Shown: piece by piece, positions 23,955-38,700 of the stretch
Layout: every line of letters starts with the position of its first letter
Numbering within the stretch: the first letter of the stretch is position 1
Assembly (NCBI GenBank): GCA_040954595.2
Contig: CM082581.2
Span: 13,527,921-13,591,920, forward strand
Direction: 5' to 3'
Length of the DNA stretch: 64,000 nt
Source: Balanoglossus misakiensis
Taxonomy: Eukaryota; Animalia; Hemichordata
The notes under the pieces: model-generated
Seen by the model: the letters and a program-made list of their open reading frames with translations, nothing else
Told to the model about the DNA's origin: nothing
Databases searched by the model: none
Translations under genes and position numbers: made by a program

Positions 23955-26900
23955 ATGCCTGCTAAGAATAGCACTGCATTACTGGGAAAGTTGCGTCAGC
24001 TGATGAAAAACAAACAATATGTTACTGAACCAATACACGCATACATTATACCATCTGCAGATGCACATCAGGTGAGATTTACTAGTACACTGAACTCTTC
24101 CAAAACATGCATTTTGATTTAAATGGACTGTATACTTGTGTTCTGGGAGTGTGATGTTTGCTTTGACCTTTGACCTGACCCTGAGATTTTTTATTTCAGA
24201 GTGAATATGTTGCTGAATGTGACAAGCGGCGAGGGTACATATCTGGATTCAATGGATCTGCAGGTACACACAGTGTCTAGGCCATTAAATACTGCAAAAA
24301 GTGTGAAGAGTTAAAACTGTAGTCTCATTCACCCCTAGTTTCCGTTATAGAGGTCCAACCTTACCATAGAAAACAATGGGTTTGGACTGAACCATGGTGG
24401 TGAACAGGGTTTTTACTCTTCTCTTTGATAACCAGGGAGTGCCATTGTGACTCATACTGAGGCAGCCATGTTCACTGACGGCCGTTATTTCTTGCAAGCT
24501 GAGCAGCAGATGGATCACAACTGGACTTTGATGAAGCAGGGTGAGACGAATGTTCATCTGTTTAATCACAAAGTGCAAATCGTAATGCTTTTACCTTCTG
24601 AAATGCCTGTCAATTATAGTGTATTGCATCTCCAAATAAGGCACTCATGTTAATTTAACAAAATGTCTCTGGTTTGTCTTTATGCAGGCCTGCCTGCCAC
24701 TCCAAGTCATGAAGAATGGTTGGTCAAGGTAAGGGTGGACGAGACAAGACTTCTTTCCAGCACAGCCCCAAAGTATGACACTTATGGCAATTGAACTGAT
24801 TCAAGGGTTCATCCAGCAAATGGCTTCACAGTCATAAAGATAATATATTCTTATCAGACATGTGTAGTTTCATGGCAACATAGAGAGTTATATTTTGTGT
24901 TTTCTCTTATAGACTCTACCAGAAGGTTCAAGAGTTGGTGTCGACCCATTTCTGCTGTCATTAGGTAAAAATGTCATGTAATTGTGTATATGTCAAAAAC
25001 ATGTTTCATGAATAACACTACATTCAGGCTCATTGAATGTACACGTATCTCACAACCACACTTCTTTTCAGAGCAATGGAAGCAAATTCACAAGCACTTG
25101 AAAACAGCCGGACAAACCCTGGTACCCATCAGTCAAAATCTGGTTGACTTGGTTTCCGGTGATGAAAGAGAGGCTCCACCAGATTCACCTATACTTGTGT
25201 TAGACATAAAATATACAGGTGAGCTTGACATCAATTCGGTTAGAACCACTTGGGTCCTCTTTGCATATACCAGTGTTGTTACATCAGAAAAGAGAGTGTG
25301 TATTATATTTGTATCATCACACAGATGACTCGAGATGTCTCTATCATGTCAGATCAGAAGGAAAGAATATACTGTCTTGCCACAAAATATGCACGGTTTG
25401 TAACAAACATATTTAATGCACGGTTACTCATATACAATGAAATTGGAACAGCAAGTTATTCTGTCATTTCTTCAGGTGTATCTTGGGAAGACAAAGTGAT
25501 TAATATTCGTAAACAGATGAAAGAGAAGAAGGCTGAATACCTGGTCATTACAGCTTTGGATGAGGTCGCATGTAAGGATGCTCAATTTTGCATGTATTGA
25601 CATTGTCTTATCTGTAGAATAGCAGGTCCTGTCGAGTGGTATGAATTAGAGCTTTTGTCGAATCTCCTTGGGTTCTTTTAACCATAGTTTGTCTGTCTTG
25701 CCAGGGTTGTTTAATCTGCGAGGTTCTGACATCGAGTACAATCCAGTCTTCTTTTCCTATGCAGTCATTGGTCATGATTCAGCACAGTAAGTCCTGTGAT
25801 CAAAGTATTTCTGCTGTTAATTTTTTTTTTTTTTTTGATGTTTTAGTATTGATATGTTATGCCACAGTGGTGGTGTGTATCTCTTATGAATATTCATTCT
25901 GCATTTCCATTTGTCTGCAGCCTGTTCATTGATGAAACCAAGGTCAGCAGTGCTGTTGCAACTCACCTCAAGGCTGATGAAAGTCAAGTTGAAAATGGTG
26001 ATGGAAGCAAAGGTGTTACCGTAGAAATCCACCCATACAATTCAGTTCAGTCATTCTTGGGGAAACTGTATGCGGATCAAGGTGTTGGACCGAGGACATG
26101 GGTAAGTACTGACCAACACTTTCCAATACATCTATGTGGTCAGTCCTTTTTGTTTAATGCTAACAGCTTGTTTGGTGATAGTTTGATATCAAAGGCAAAT
26201 TTGTGTATTTTCAGATCAGCTCCAAGTCATCCTATGCTCTTGTCAGCATTATTCCAAAGGTAGGTCACAAATTGTCTTCTTTTGCCAGTAACATAGTCCT
26301 GATATCTCTCCCCTATGAGAATTTTCCTGTTGTACATTACACCTCCAGTGCTGTAAGTGCAACACTCACACAGTCAATCTAACTACATTTTCATTTTACT
26401 AAAATCAGGCTTGAACAATTGTTTTTATTCCCCACAGGCCAGAAGAATCCTGCAACCATCACCTATTGCTCTGGCAAAGGCACTCAAAAACGAAGTTGAA
26501 CTGCAAGGCATGAGAAAAGCACATGTGAGTTCAGTTCTATAACCAACTCAGCTTACCTAAATAATACACCCAGGGGTAATATGTTGAGTTAATCCAAATG
26601 TGTTGACAAATTTTAATGTCAAATCTGATTGTGTTAATCTCTTGACAGATAAAGGATGCTGTAGCCCTTTGTGAATTTTTTGCTTGGCTGGAAAAGGAGG
26701 TGAGATATCATTCGTTCCAAGTCATCAAATATACTAGTATTTGTTGATTCATATTTTCTAGCATATTCTCTGACTGCAGTGGTACTGCCAAAACATCCAC
26801 AAAGTGTACATGTGTTGATTGTTTCAATCACTGAAACAAGTGGAAAATACATTATTTCTGGAATTCAAATCATATTTTGAAACACCTTTTACACTTGTGT

Positions 26901-28593
26901 TATTCTTTACCAATGGCATATTTTGTCCTAGGTGCCCAAAGGGAAAATCACAGAACTTGGTGCGTCTGATAAAGCAGAGGAGTTTAGAAGGTGAGATGCC
27001 ATCTTTGTTTGTGTCAGCTAATTCTCTTCTGGTCATTGATGTGCATTACGATTTTGTTTGCACCATGATCTGTTTCAATTGTCAGTTTCGCCCATAATCA
27101 TAATGCATATGTATGTTCACAGTCAACAGGAAGACTACGTCAGTCTGAGCTTTCCCACCATTTCCAGCGTCGGCCCCAGTGGTGCGATAATCCACTACAG
27201 ACCAACCGAAGAAACAGATCGTACTCTAAACTGTGATGAAGTGTACCTGTGTGACTCAGGTGCTCAGTTCAAGTGAGTGTTGCCATGACGCAGAGATGCA
27301 CATATTAAGAAGCAGTGTGATATGAGATGCAGTGAAGGGATATCTTTATAACTTTGTTTACTATTTCTTATCCTCAGGGATGGTACAACTGATGTGACAC
27401 GCTGTATGCATTTTGGAACTCCTTCACAATTTGAAAAGGTACCTGCATTTCTGGACATTCATTTATCACGACAACTCTGTAACATCTTTGCTTGTTGATT
27501 TCCTGTGTAAAGAAATCTAAGTGTTGAATTTGTGTTCATAATTTAAATTTTTTCTCCCCAAAATTGCATTTTAGGAGGCATATACAAGAATGGTCAAAGG
27601 TCACATTGCATTATCCATGGCTGTATTTCCAAATGGAACTAAAGGTAATTCTGCTCCAAAATTGCAATGCTTGTACGCAGTAGTTTAGTATCACACAAGT
27701 GGTTTCACAAAGGAATTGAATGTGGCCGGCTGATAGAATAAGATAAAGTTTTATTCTATTTTTCATTCAGGTTACCAATTGGACACTTTTGCACGCCAGT
27801 ATCTTTGGGAAGCTGGTTTAGATTACGGACATGGCACAGGACATGGTGTTGGATCATTCCTGAATGTCCATGAAGGTCCATGTAACATCGGTTTCAGAGC
27901 CACGGGTACAGAAATTGCGATTCAAACGGACATGATATTCTCCAATGGTAAGCTGTCTTTCTCCAGTAAATTCTCAGCTTGTGTTCTCATTGGTCTTCAG
28001 GACTCCTCTGTCACATGACATGGATTTTCAGTGGTCTTCATGACTCACCTTTGACCTTTAACCTGCATTTGTGTTTACTTTCTTCTATACTATACTATAG
28101 AGCCAGGCTTCTATGAAGATGGTAAATTTGGCGTCCGTTTGGAAAATCTGGTTGTGGTGAAGCCGGCTGACACAGAGTACAATTTTAAGGACAGGGGTTT
28201 TCTGAAGTTTGAAAATATCACCTTGGTGCCAATACAGCTGAAGATGATTGAGCCAACACTTCTCAGTGAGAAAGAGGCAAGTTGCATTTGTTAATAATAT
28301 CATCAGTGTGGCCAACCACATTTATGTTTGGTTTATTTGAGTCTTGATCTCAGCTGAACATCAGGAGGGAGTCATTACAGATTCCTGTTGAATTGTTGTA
28401 TATGTTGATTCCCCATGCGTGTTTGAAATTGTCACATTGTTGGCGATTAATATAATTCTCTTGTCATCATCAGATCGCTTGGTTGAATGAATACCACAGT
28501 ACATGCAGAGATGTGGTGGGCAAGGCTTTGAAAGAACAAGGACGCAAGGATGCTCTGCAATGGCTGATGAAAGAAACAGAACCCCTCGGTTGA
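23955..28593 (+). CDS. XPNPEP1: Xaa-Pro aminopeptidase 1 (cytosolic aminopeptidase P, M24B), multi-exon
   Basis: [42 protein letters not shown]; GFNGSAG; TDGRYFLQA; [18 protein letters not shown]; [17 protein letters not shown]; [18 protein letters not shown]; [20 protein letters not shown]; [16 protein letters not shown]; WLNEYH; [10 protein letters not shown]. Metal-ligand motifs appear intact. Confidence 0.97.
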
Positions 28594-29771
28594 TAGTCTC
28601 AGTTTATACCGTGCTGCGCTGTTAGACACATGGGTATGCAAAAGAATAAAGAACCAAACCTTTGTTTGGTGCTTAAGCCTCAAATAAAAAAAATTATGAT
28701 GAGGAATGCCAAAAATCTTGACATATCTGAAGACCAAACTACATGATCTACTGTACTTAAAGATTTCCATTGACGCTATAAAAGGTAGTTTCCAGTGGCT
28801 TTGCAAGGTCATCTCTGATTGGTCAGTTCATTGTGAAGGTAGGCTTCAAGCAGGTGAATCAACCAATCAGATGAGACCTTCTGAGGTTCTGCATGTCACC
28901 TCTGTTGTGTCCATGTGCTATATTGACAAGTGGCAAGTTTCAGTGCGATTTGTGAAACTCTTGCTTTGGACCCACTAGCTTTCTTATCCTTTTTTTTTCA
29001 TTTATTTTTCAAAGCAATTATAACGAGAGAAAGGAATATATATTTTTATTACAAAAACACATGAAGATCCTAAGAGTAATTTCATAGCAAAGAAAAATAA
29101 CTTCCTGAGATCTTGAATATTATTATGTTTTTTTTATTCACTTAAGCAATCTATGCTAATTAATAACAAAAATATATACAATGTAGAAGTCAGGTCACTA
29201 TTGTGTAGTGAAATAAATAAAATAGCTTTCTACAGAATTCAGAATTCAGCTTATCTTGCAATCATTCTGTGTGATCATACAGGCCCTTGTTCATGTTGTT
29301 TCTGTTTATTCAGATAAATAAAAGGATTATGGGAAATATTAAGTATGGTTTATGGTTATGCTACATGTATATTTGTATTAACAAGCTGCAATTAGTATGT
29401 ATGTACTCTCGAGTTAGCAATGTGATGAAATATTCGTCTTGATCGTACAGAATTTGAAAAAGAAGTTGAAAAATCAACTGGAGCTGTTCAACATCTAACG
29501 CGAATCTTGTTCGGATGCGCACGTAAGAGCATCCGTGAATCCGAAAACGATTCCGAATCCAAGGCTCTTCAGAATCGCCAGTTGTGTTCACTAACGGTTT
29601 CCGGTAGCAGAGTGTAAATACACTACTGGATGTTTTTATCTTTTCTTCGTCGCCGTTAAGGTTCAACGCGTGAACAATCACTCTAGCTATGAGGTAGTTT
29701 ACCACAAATCTTATAACAGCTGAGAACAGTGCCCGAGATACTCGCGGGCAGACCAGAAACTCATCGCTATA

Positions 29772-32700
29772 ATGGATATGCCAAATAATATTTTGTCGTC
29801 GTTGGTGCGGACGCGATCAGTGGAGAGGGTGCTTGCACCAATAGCAGCACAGGTAAAGTCTTCTTTATTTCACCACTAAACATCGACCTGGACGACTTGG
29901 AATGTTTACGTTTGAGGCTGATAACCCATACATACAGTAACCATGGTAACTGACAACAATTAGTGACAACGCGAATGTGCATCTCGGCAATAGCAAACGA
30001 CTGCTAGCTGCTTTCCATACACTATATCAGTCGTATGGTTGGGTCATGGAGGTACAGTTTGTTCAGCATTATGCACTGACGAAGTTGGCAAATAATACAC
30101 TACCAGGTGTTATTGACCTCTTGTGACCTCGCCGCACCACTGGGTGTGGCGATTTTATTTGATAGTCACTCCATTATTTATTCCAACGTTCTACATGTAT
30201 ATGCAATCCACTGGAAATGTGAACAGCTGTTGGATTGAGGCAGAAGAGAGAATTTTGGTTTTTTATCAGTGTGCAGCAGATGGCCAATAACAACAAAGCA
30301 TCTGTGTGTGTTCTTGGAGATATATTTAGAATTCAGTTCAACATGATTTATGAAAGCATAATATGATATCAACATACATCAGTTGATGATAATGCTATTG
30401 TTTTTAGTTGAGTAGACCTTGAGTTGTTTCATACCCTCATTGTCAATAAGTGTATTAGCTCACTACAAATGTGGTTATGATGCCATTTCAGACTCAGGAC
30501 AAGTGTTTTTATTTATTTATTTATTTGATGAATCTACATGTAGGTATCACAGCTGATTATTCTCAATGAGAGCAGCGAACGAAATGATGAACCTGTGCCA
30601 GACTTGGTACCACATGCGGAATCTGTGACCAAGGCAGTGGATGAATTGGTGGAGATCAGTCAGAAGTTGGCCAAAGAATCTGTTGATGAAGTGAGTGAAG
30701 GATTAACACTTTTGCCCACCTGGTGGCCTATACTGACATGCAGTTTTTTTTGTATACATACATTTTACACTTGTAATTGCCATCTACCCATAGGAACTAA
30801 AGAAGGAAATACCCCTAGCATGTGAAACTGTCATCTTGGCTGGTAAAGACATACTGCTGGCAACACAGAGACTGCAGATAGAAAATCGGTCGAAAGAAGC
30901 AAGAAATAGTTTGGTCAAATCTGCCAGAAATGTACTGGAAGGTACAATGAAGGTGTGTGTCAAAAGAGTTTGTTTACATATAATCCTTTCACCACAGTAA
31001 GTTTTGTTCAAAGCCATGGTTTCTATGGTAAACTTGTTTGTATATTTTTCCCTTGGTAGGTTTTATTGGTAGCAGACAATTCTGAAGTGCGTAAGATAAT
31101 CAAAGCCTGTCATTGGTTGTTGGACAGACTGACGCTGCTGCAAAGTGTACAGACAATGAAAGCGTTGGTTTCATGTTTCAAGGTAAAGTCCACAATATTT
31201 TAATTGGCACTGTCTTTCACACTCCTATTACATCTATTCTGATGTAGAATCAATAAAAAGGGATCAACCTGTCTGCCCATGAATATAGAAGTCCATACTA
31301 GAAAAAGTAGAAGTTATTGTTAACAGTAGTAGAATAACACTACAGTACGTAACATTATTACACAAGTGAAATACCTTCAGACATTGTTCATTGTTGTGCT
31401 TTGTGAGCTAGAAACAACAATAGCATTGTCACAAGAAGATGTAATTACACCCAAACTATTTGTCCACTGACACTAAACACCAAAACCTCTGTTTGTTCTC
31501 TACACAATAGGGATTCACTGAAGCACTCTTGTTGCTTTCAAATCTGGCCGACAAGAGACAGAAGGAATTGACCAATCCCAAGCAGAGAGAGACTGTGCTG
31601 GTTGCCATGACAACCTTGAAGAAACTGGCCCCCATGCTAAGCACCTCAATACAGACTTATGTGAAATTCCCAGACAGTCCTCAGACAAAGGTGGGTCTTT
31701 AGATGGTTGTCACAAGGAAAGATGTCAATTTGATACAATTTTCATGTCATACCTTTTGTCATTGACACACCTCAGTAATCGTGGAATTTACAAGCAACTG
31801 TCTCAATGCATTCTGTCATTGATGTGTTTGTGTGCTTTGATTTTGACAGGCAAGCAAAGATTATGTCGTTGGTCAGGTTATTTCGGCAGTAGAAGACATG
31901 ATTGCGGCTGTCAAAGCCAGCAATGGTAATCATGTGGAAGACATAGAAGAACCAGGAGTCTTTGCCACTAGATTGAAAAAGGTTAGTGTTCAGGCATAAC
32001 AATACGTCCTGAAATTCCTTGTCAGAGTTATACAAAAAATATCAGTAACCTCTCATGCGACCTTATATCAAACCACATGAAAAATGATCTCTAATATTGG
32101 GTTCCTTGACAGGTTTGCTCTCAGTTGAGTCCAGAGAATCGTGCCGATTTGAATTCCGACTTTGACACCATGATGGAGTCCATTGTTCGACATAGTATGG
32201 CCGTGGCATCTGTGTCGAGAGAACACATCAGAAATAGTATAGTGGATACTTGTAAAGAGGTGAGTTGGATATCATCCGTTTTGTCCGGAATGCTGTTTTT
32301 GTGATGAATGAAAGAAGTGAACTTAGCTGCATCCAGTAATGAGTACAGAGTTATGTTTTGATCGCAAACATTCCATGTACAGCCCTCACAACCCAAAATG
32401 TAGTATAGATCAGTAAAGCCACAAAATGTACACGAAAACTCAAGTTCTCTCATCTTTCATATCACAGATACTAAAGCAGGGAAATGAACTTTCCAGCCAA
32501 GCCAAACTGATGTCAGAAAATACAAGTTTCCAGCAGTTGAAGGAGGACTTCAACAGAAACTGTGATATGTTGCTGAATGAATTCAATGCATTGGAGAGAC
32601 ATATCAAACAGTCTTTGGGATATCAAGTGGTGGATGTGTTTCTGGAGACAACAGAACCGTTGGATAGACTGATCAAAGCTTCTGTCACTCCTCTGAGGGT

Positions 32701-35700
32701 GGGTTACTGTTTTTTTTTTGTGTGTAAGTGATTGCAGTTTGTACATTGTGATGCTCCATCTCTCAAAATGTAAAATGGCTTAGCTGTCTGTGTTCTTACA
32801 GGACAAATCTGTTCTGAGGGAGAAGGTCTGTGTCAACATGTTGGAGCCATTTGAAGAAGCTTTCCATGAGTACTCAGATAAGCTGATCCAGCTTGCAGGC
32901 TTTCTGGCTGCCAGCTGTGCCGACAAAACCAGTGAGTATTTTTTGTGTGTACCTCACACATCATAACAGAACCGTTTATAACCTCTAAATAATCAGTAAA
33001 TGTATATCAAGTTATTTATCCTCCTAATGTGGTCATTTCTGAACTTTCAGGAGTATGTCATCTGCGATCTGTGGTCAACAGCCTGGAGAGTCTGGACCCA
33101 GAGATATACCCAGCATGCATTGCTGCACGACGGGACATCCTGGATAAGGGCGCCCTCGAACATGTGAAGCTGCTGCGAAAAGAGTGGCATGGTGAAATAG
33201 CTACATTCCTTGACATCATTAATGACATGAGTGATCCGTTTACTTTCATTGATATATCCGAGACTTCCATGAAGTCTGACGTGAGGGAGTGTCGGGAGGC
33301 CATCTTGATATCGGACAGCGACTTGCTAGCCCAGGCGGCCAATCGATTACTGGGCAGAGCCAAGCGCGTCGTTCAGGTCGGCAGTAAAGTCGTAGACAGT
33401 CATGTGGACCCTATCTTCAGGAATGGACTGCAGTCTTATGTGAACCAGTTGCAGAAAGGTAAGTTTCCATGGTAATGTCACAACCATGTGCTGTCTTCCA
33501 GGTGAAATTGTCAAGTACACAGGCTTTACCTATTATTTCCAGGTGTTATGTACGTGTAGGCTATTATGTACTGCTACAAAATCATAGCAGCGTGGAAGTT
33601 CCAATGTTTATTCATGCTCTGAGGTTTTGAGATTTCTAAAGAGTTCAGTGTGGAGAGGTTTACTTGCATGTGGAGGAAGACTATACTGAAATTCAATCTC
33701 TTGTTATCACAGCAATCCCATTGGTGCAGAATGCCGCATTTGAGACAGTCAGTTTGATCCACGATTCCAGACTACATGACAAGTTACAAGAGAGATGTGA
33801 TGTGTTATTGGTGTGTGTAGGCAGAGTGAAGGGTGGCTTAGATGAGAAAACCCACCCAGCTATACTCAGTCCGCTGCGGAAAAACACCAGAAGTCCCCGG
33901 AGGCCTGTAGCTGCTGGTAATGTTTTGAATATCTTTTTGAAGATTTTCCAGCCTGCGGCAATATCATAATTTTAACCATCATTATTGTATAATTTTTTAG
34001 GCAACATACATCTGTACAATCATAACCCTCAATTTCCCTTTATTTTTTTCCGTGCAGATTATCCTGATTTCCCATCCCCCTACCATTCACTGAGATCGCC
34101 AAGCCATAATATGTACCTCAGTAAACCTGTCCCAGACATCACAATCAGCAGACCAGTGGAGTCATTGCACAGTCCCAGTGCAAGTCCCAGAAATGTGCCT
34201 AGATCTCCCAGGTCACCTGTCACAGGTAAAAACATATTGTTACATGTGAATTCAAAGAATTTTACCTTGCTCTAGTTTATCCCACCATAAACATATATTT
34301 TATTTTCCTGCAGTTGTTGCCATACCAAGCCATTTGATGAACCCTATCATGGACCTTCTGAAGGCAATAGACAAAGGAGATCGAATACAGATAGAGATGC
34401 AGTGTGGTGTGTTCTTGACTCAGACAAGTAAATACAAATCAGCTGTGGATGCCGTCAGCAAATTGTCAAAGGAGACAGCTAAAATCAAGTGGGTACAATA
34501 TTCCAATAGAATAACACTCTCACTGTTGTGTATCATGCTTCCAGAGTGTATTAACATTTTATTTCATGCTAAGGGGTCATTAGTGTTGAAGTTGTATATT
34601 GAATCTTCTCCAATGCACCCATTCACCATACATACATGTACATGTAGTTATCCATAGTTATTTCATCTTATCTACACAGCGTGCTGCAATCTTCTCTGTC
34701 AGAGATCACAGCAATTCTGCCGGAGTTGTTTGACCTAGCCAGGAATGCATCCCCTAGAGATGAAGGGGAGAAGGCTCATCTATACGTGAAGGGACAAGAG
34801 TGGGCCAGGTCGGCCCATCAGCTGACGACCACGCTGCAAGACATGATAGGCATGTGGTCTCTGCCAGCCAATCAGGTGGCCCAGTGTGCCCGTGATGGTG
34901 ACACCGATGGCTTGCACAAAAAGGTGAGTGAGGGTTAAGTCGTCACTTTCACCACTTGGGGGCGAAAATGTTAAGGCACCATACTCATTTTTCAGACTAT
35001 CTTGCTGAAGTGTGATCCTGACTTTCTTTCAATGTTTGGCTCTGGCTATCTTTGTAGATTGAGTCATTGAACAACCACATTGGGCAGCTGCACCACCTTA
35101 TTGCCATGGCAAATGAGGTCACTCTCACCCAGGGCAGGGTCCAATCACATCGAAGGTCAGAGTTGATGGAGCATGCTCAGCTGTTGCAATCACATGCGAA
35201 TGAGTTGAGTAAACTGACCCAAGAAGTGAACAGCGCAGCCAATCATGTTGTCCTCAATACTGGTAAGTTCACTGTGGGATTTTTTTCTTGTGTTAGTGAA
35301 GTGCGGTTCATGAAATGTGCCAAAGTGACTGTCCATATTCAGTGCTTCAGCTAGATGCTTACACACAGATTGCCAACTGAAAGACAGACAATAACTCACA
35401 ATATTTCCCTTTCAGTGGACCAATCCAAACATACTCTACTGAATGACAAGGTTCAACAGTGGTCCATGAAGTCATTTGAGTTACAGCACACCCTGGACGA
35501 GATCACCGCATCAAGCCTTGTCAACGGTCAGCAACTTCAGCTGGCCGTTCTGGCAAAGGAGACAGAAAAATCACAGAGTGAAGTGAAAGAGATGACGAGT
35601 CATTCCGATAAAATGAGGGACTTGATTGGCAAGGTTATTGATGGGTAAGTGTACACCAATGCTTTCTGGTATCCATGGTATTGATGGCGAAACTGATACA

Positions 35701-38700
35701 GACATCAGTCTATCTTATATCCAAAACGTGTGGTTTATAATTACTGGACTTGTAATTTGCATAGGTATGTGGACCAAGCGAAAGTGGATTCAGTGAATGA
35801 AGTCTGTGACTCTGTACAGAAGCTTGCTGGTACATTGAACAGTCTTGTCACAGCGCCATCCAGTGACAGAGAGAATTCTGCCAGCAATATGGAGGTTGCA
35901 CTGCTGATCAAAGAGTGGGCCTTGAAGGTTGGTATAAGCGTTTACAATAGTTAACCCAAAACATATGCATTTTAGGTTGAATGCTTGACCTCTGGTGATG
36001 TTGCTTGCAGGTGTTAACTGTTTCTGTTTTCAATTTATTTTAGGTGAAGTTACTAGAGAGTGTTATTGATGAACTGAGCAATGAGATGGCAATACCGATA
36101 GACAGACTAGCAGGTGCTGCACTGGCTGTCAGTCAAGCTAAAGGTAAGCCAATAGGCTTCACTCATGAATGCGCTGTGTCCCTCTCCCCCTCCAACCTCA
36201 GCCATCCTGAAAGAATTATATTATTGAACAGTTTTCATTCCCACCAAGATACATACATTGATACCAATGTAATGGGTTTTGTTGTGTGGCACAGGCAAAT
36301 CAAGAGAAAGCTTACTGGAAGAATATCAAAACTACGCAGATGAGTTATCCAGCAAAATATCCAGAGTGAGACAAGACTGTAACCGAGCAATGAGAAGCAT
36401 TCCAGCCTCGCCACCAAAATATGCAGTATTTGCATCTGTTGATACACTGTGTAAACTGACACCACTGATCATTTCTCAAGCAAGACAAATTGCTGGTAAG
36501 ATTTCTTTTCCTCTTGGAAGTGGAGGACTTTGCATGTTTTGACTCATAAGCTGTCACTGAAAAATTATGTTTTTGGCCTTGTAAAGATTCATGGAAAGAA
36601 TATGGAAAAACTTCTGGAGAGCTTAGGAAGTTTGAGTGAGTGTCAGTGTATATCCCTGTTGTTATTCTCCATAATGCTTTCTGTTGCTTGATAGAAATCT
36701 TTGGGTGATGACAGGAAGTATGATATCCTGAACCCAGGAACTCACACACGATGCTCCGAAGGTTTGTTTTCAACATGGGTAATCAAAGTCCCAAGTTATC
36801 CATGGCATTCCCATACCTCTCATAACATTAGCAACTCTTCATGGCTAGCTAACCACAGCCGTATGTGCAAACTTGTTTTTCTTTCAGACAACACTTCTCT
36901 GTCGCTTGAAAGCTTTCAGGATCTGAAAAGGCAATGGGCTTGCAATGCTCACCAGTTAATAAGACTAATACAATCTGTGCCCAACACTGATCAGAAAGCA
37001 GTTGCAGGTATAGTGACGTTAGTCTATGCATGCTAATAAGTAATATTGCAATGCAAGAAATCTTTTATACTCAATTCCAGCTTGCTTTGGTGCTGTTCTT
37101 GTAAGTTAAAAATAACTGAACTCTACGCATCTCAGTCTAAGACAGCAGAAGCTTTTGGTAAAATCTGCTGAAGAATAGTTTTATACATGTATGTGATTTA
37201 CATGTATTAGATCAAAGTATGTAGATTTCAAAGGCCAAAGTTCACACTTAGCAATTCAGCTCTGATCACGGTCACTCCCCTTTGTAGAGTGACCGTGGCT
37301 CTAATGTCACTAGCAAGCTCTCTATTCTGTCACATTTACAGATGTACTGACAGCAATGCAAATACTAAGAGAGACCACACCGCAAGACGTAACCCAAGCT
37401 CTAGATTCTACATTGCAGTCTTTTGGCCCAGTAATCATGTCATCCATTCCGAGCACCACAGCGCAGCGCCAGCGGGCACTTTCCCCGACCCCAGTTTCTT
37501 CTGCACACGTGCATTTTAGCCAGCCTGCCAGCACCCAACCAATGAGAGCACACGCAGCGAGTTTTAAACTCCCCGATCAGGCATCATCATCGCAGATGCA
37601 GAGCACACCTGCCAGTGCAACTTATCAGCCAATGAGCTCACTCCAGCCCCGAGGCACTCCGTCCCCTCAGCCAATCAGACTGACGCCAGAAGACAGGAGT
37701 AAAGCATCTAGCCCAATCAGCAGGAAGAGTTCACCCGGATCCGGCGGGACCCCTCCGGGAGTGTCCGGTGTCGAGACCACAACCCCACCCGGAGCATGGG
37801 GGGCTATCTCGGAAACTCCAGCCAGCATATCAGATATGGAATCAGCCTCGCCGCGTCAGACATCAGACATTGAGTCTGCAGTGCCCACACCGAAGCTGTC
37901 ACCACGCAGAACGCATTTATCTCCAGATATCACCGTCACTGAAGAACTGAAGCCGGAAAGCAAACCTGTGGCAAGGTAATGGCAGAACATCACCTTGTTT
38001 TCTGAGTTAACTTAAAATGTGTCATGAAACAAAAATTGTGTGTAGTATATTAATATTTTCTATTTGTTTTGCAGTCCATACAGAACCAGGCCTCTAACAA
38101 TCAGGTAAGAATGGTCGATTGGTAGCTGAAATAAGACTCTTGTGAATGATATACATTGTAACATTAAAAGTTCACTGTATAAGACAAGAATGCAATATCA
38201 TTTTTCTCTGAATAAGAATCTACATCACCATCCTCATTGCCAATAACATCAATATCTCTCCCTCCCATTCCCTCCGCATGCCCACCCACGCCCACCCGCT
38301 CACCAAGCAGCAGTACCACCTCCACTCCGCTCTCACACCATTCCACAATCAGTACAACCACCAACTACACTACAGACACAGAACAGACTGGACGCTCATC
38401 TGGGTAAAACAATATATTTCACTGCTTCTGTAATATCACTCTCTTTTGCATCGCTTGTATTTCATTCCCATCATCACACATAAAGAATTATAATCATCAC
38501 TCACTATTTATTCATTGAAAGGTTATAAAAAAACATAACTTTTACTCAAATGCCTGTCTTGAGTGCCTGTGATATTGACTCCTCCTTTGACACAATACAG
38601 TGACCCCTGATGCTGTTCTCAACCTAAATATTCCCATGAATGATTCCTCTCCAACAGTGGGGGCATGGAGACCACCCCAACGCCACCACCAAAGCCAGAG

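Noticed and set aside
24468-24490. FTDGRY in place of the usual WTDGRY in XPNPEP1
   Set aside because: A conservative aromatic substitution outside the catalytic metal site, not evidence of altered function.
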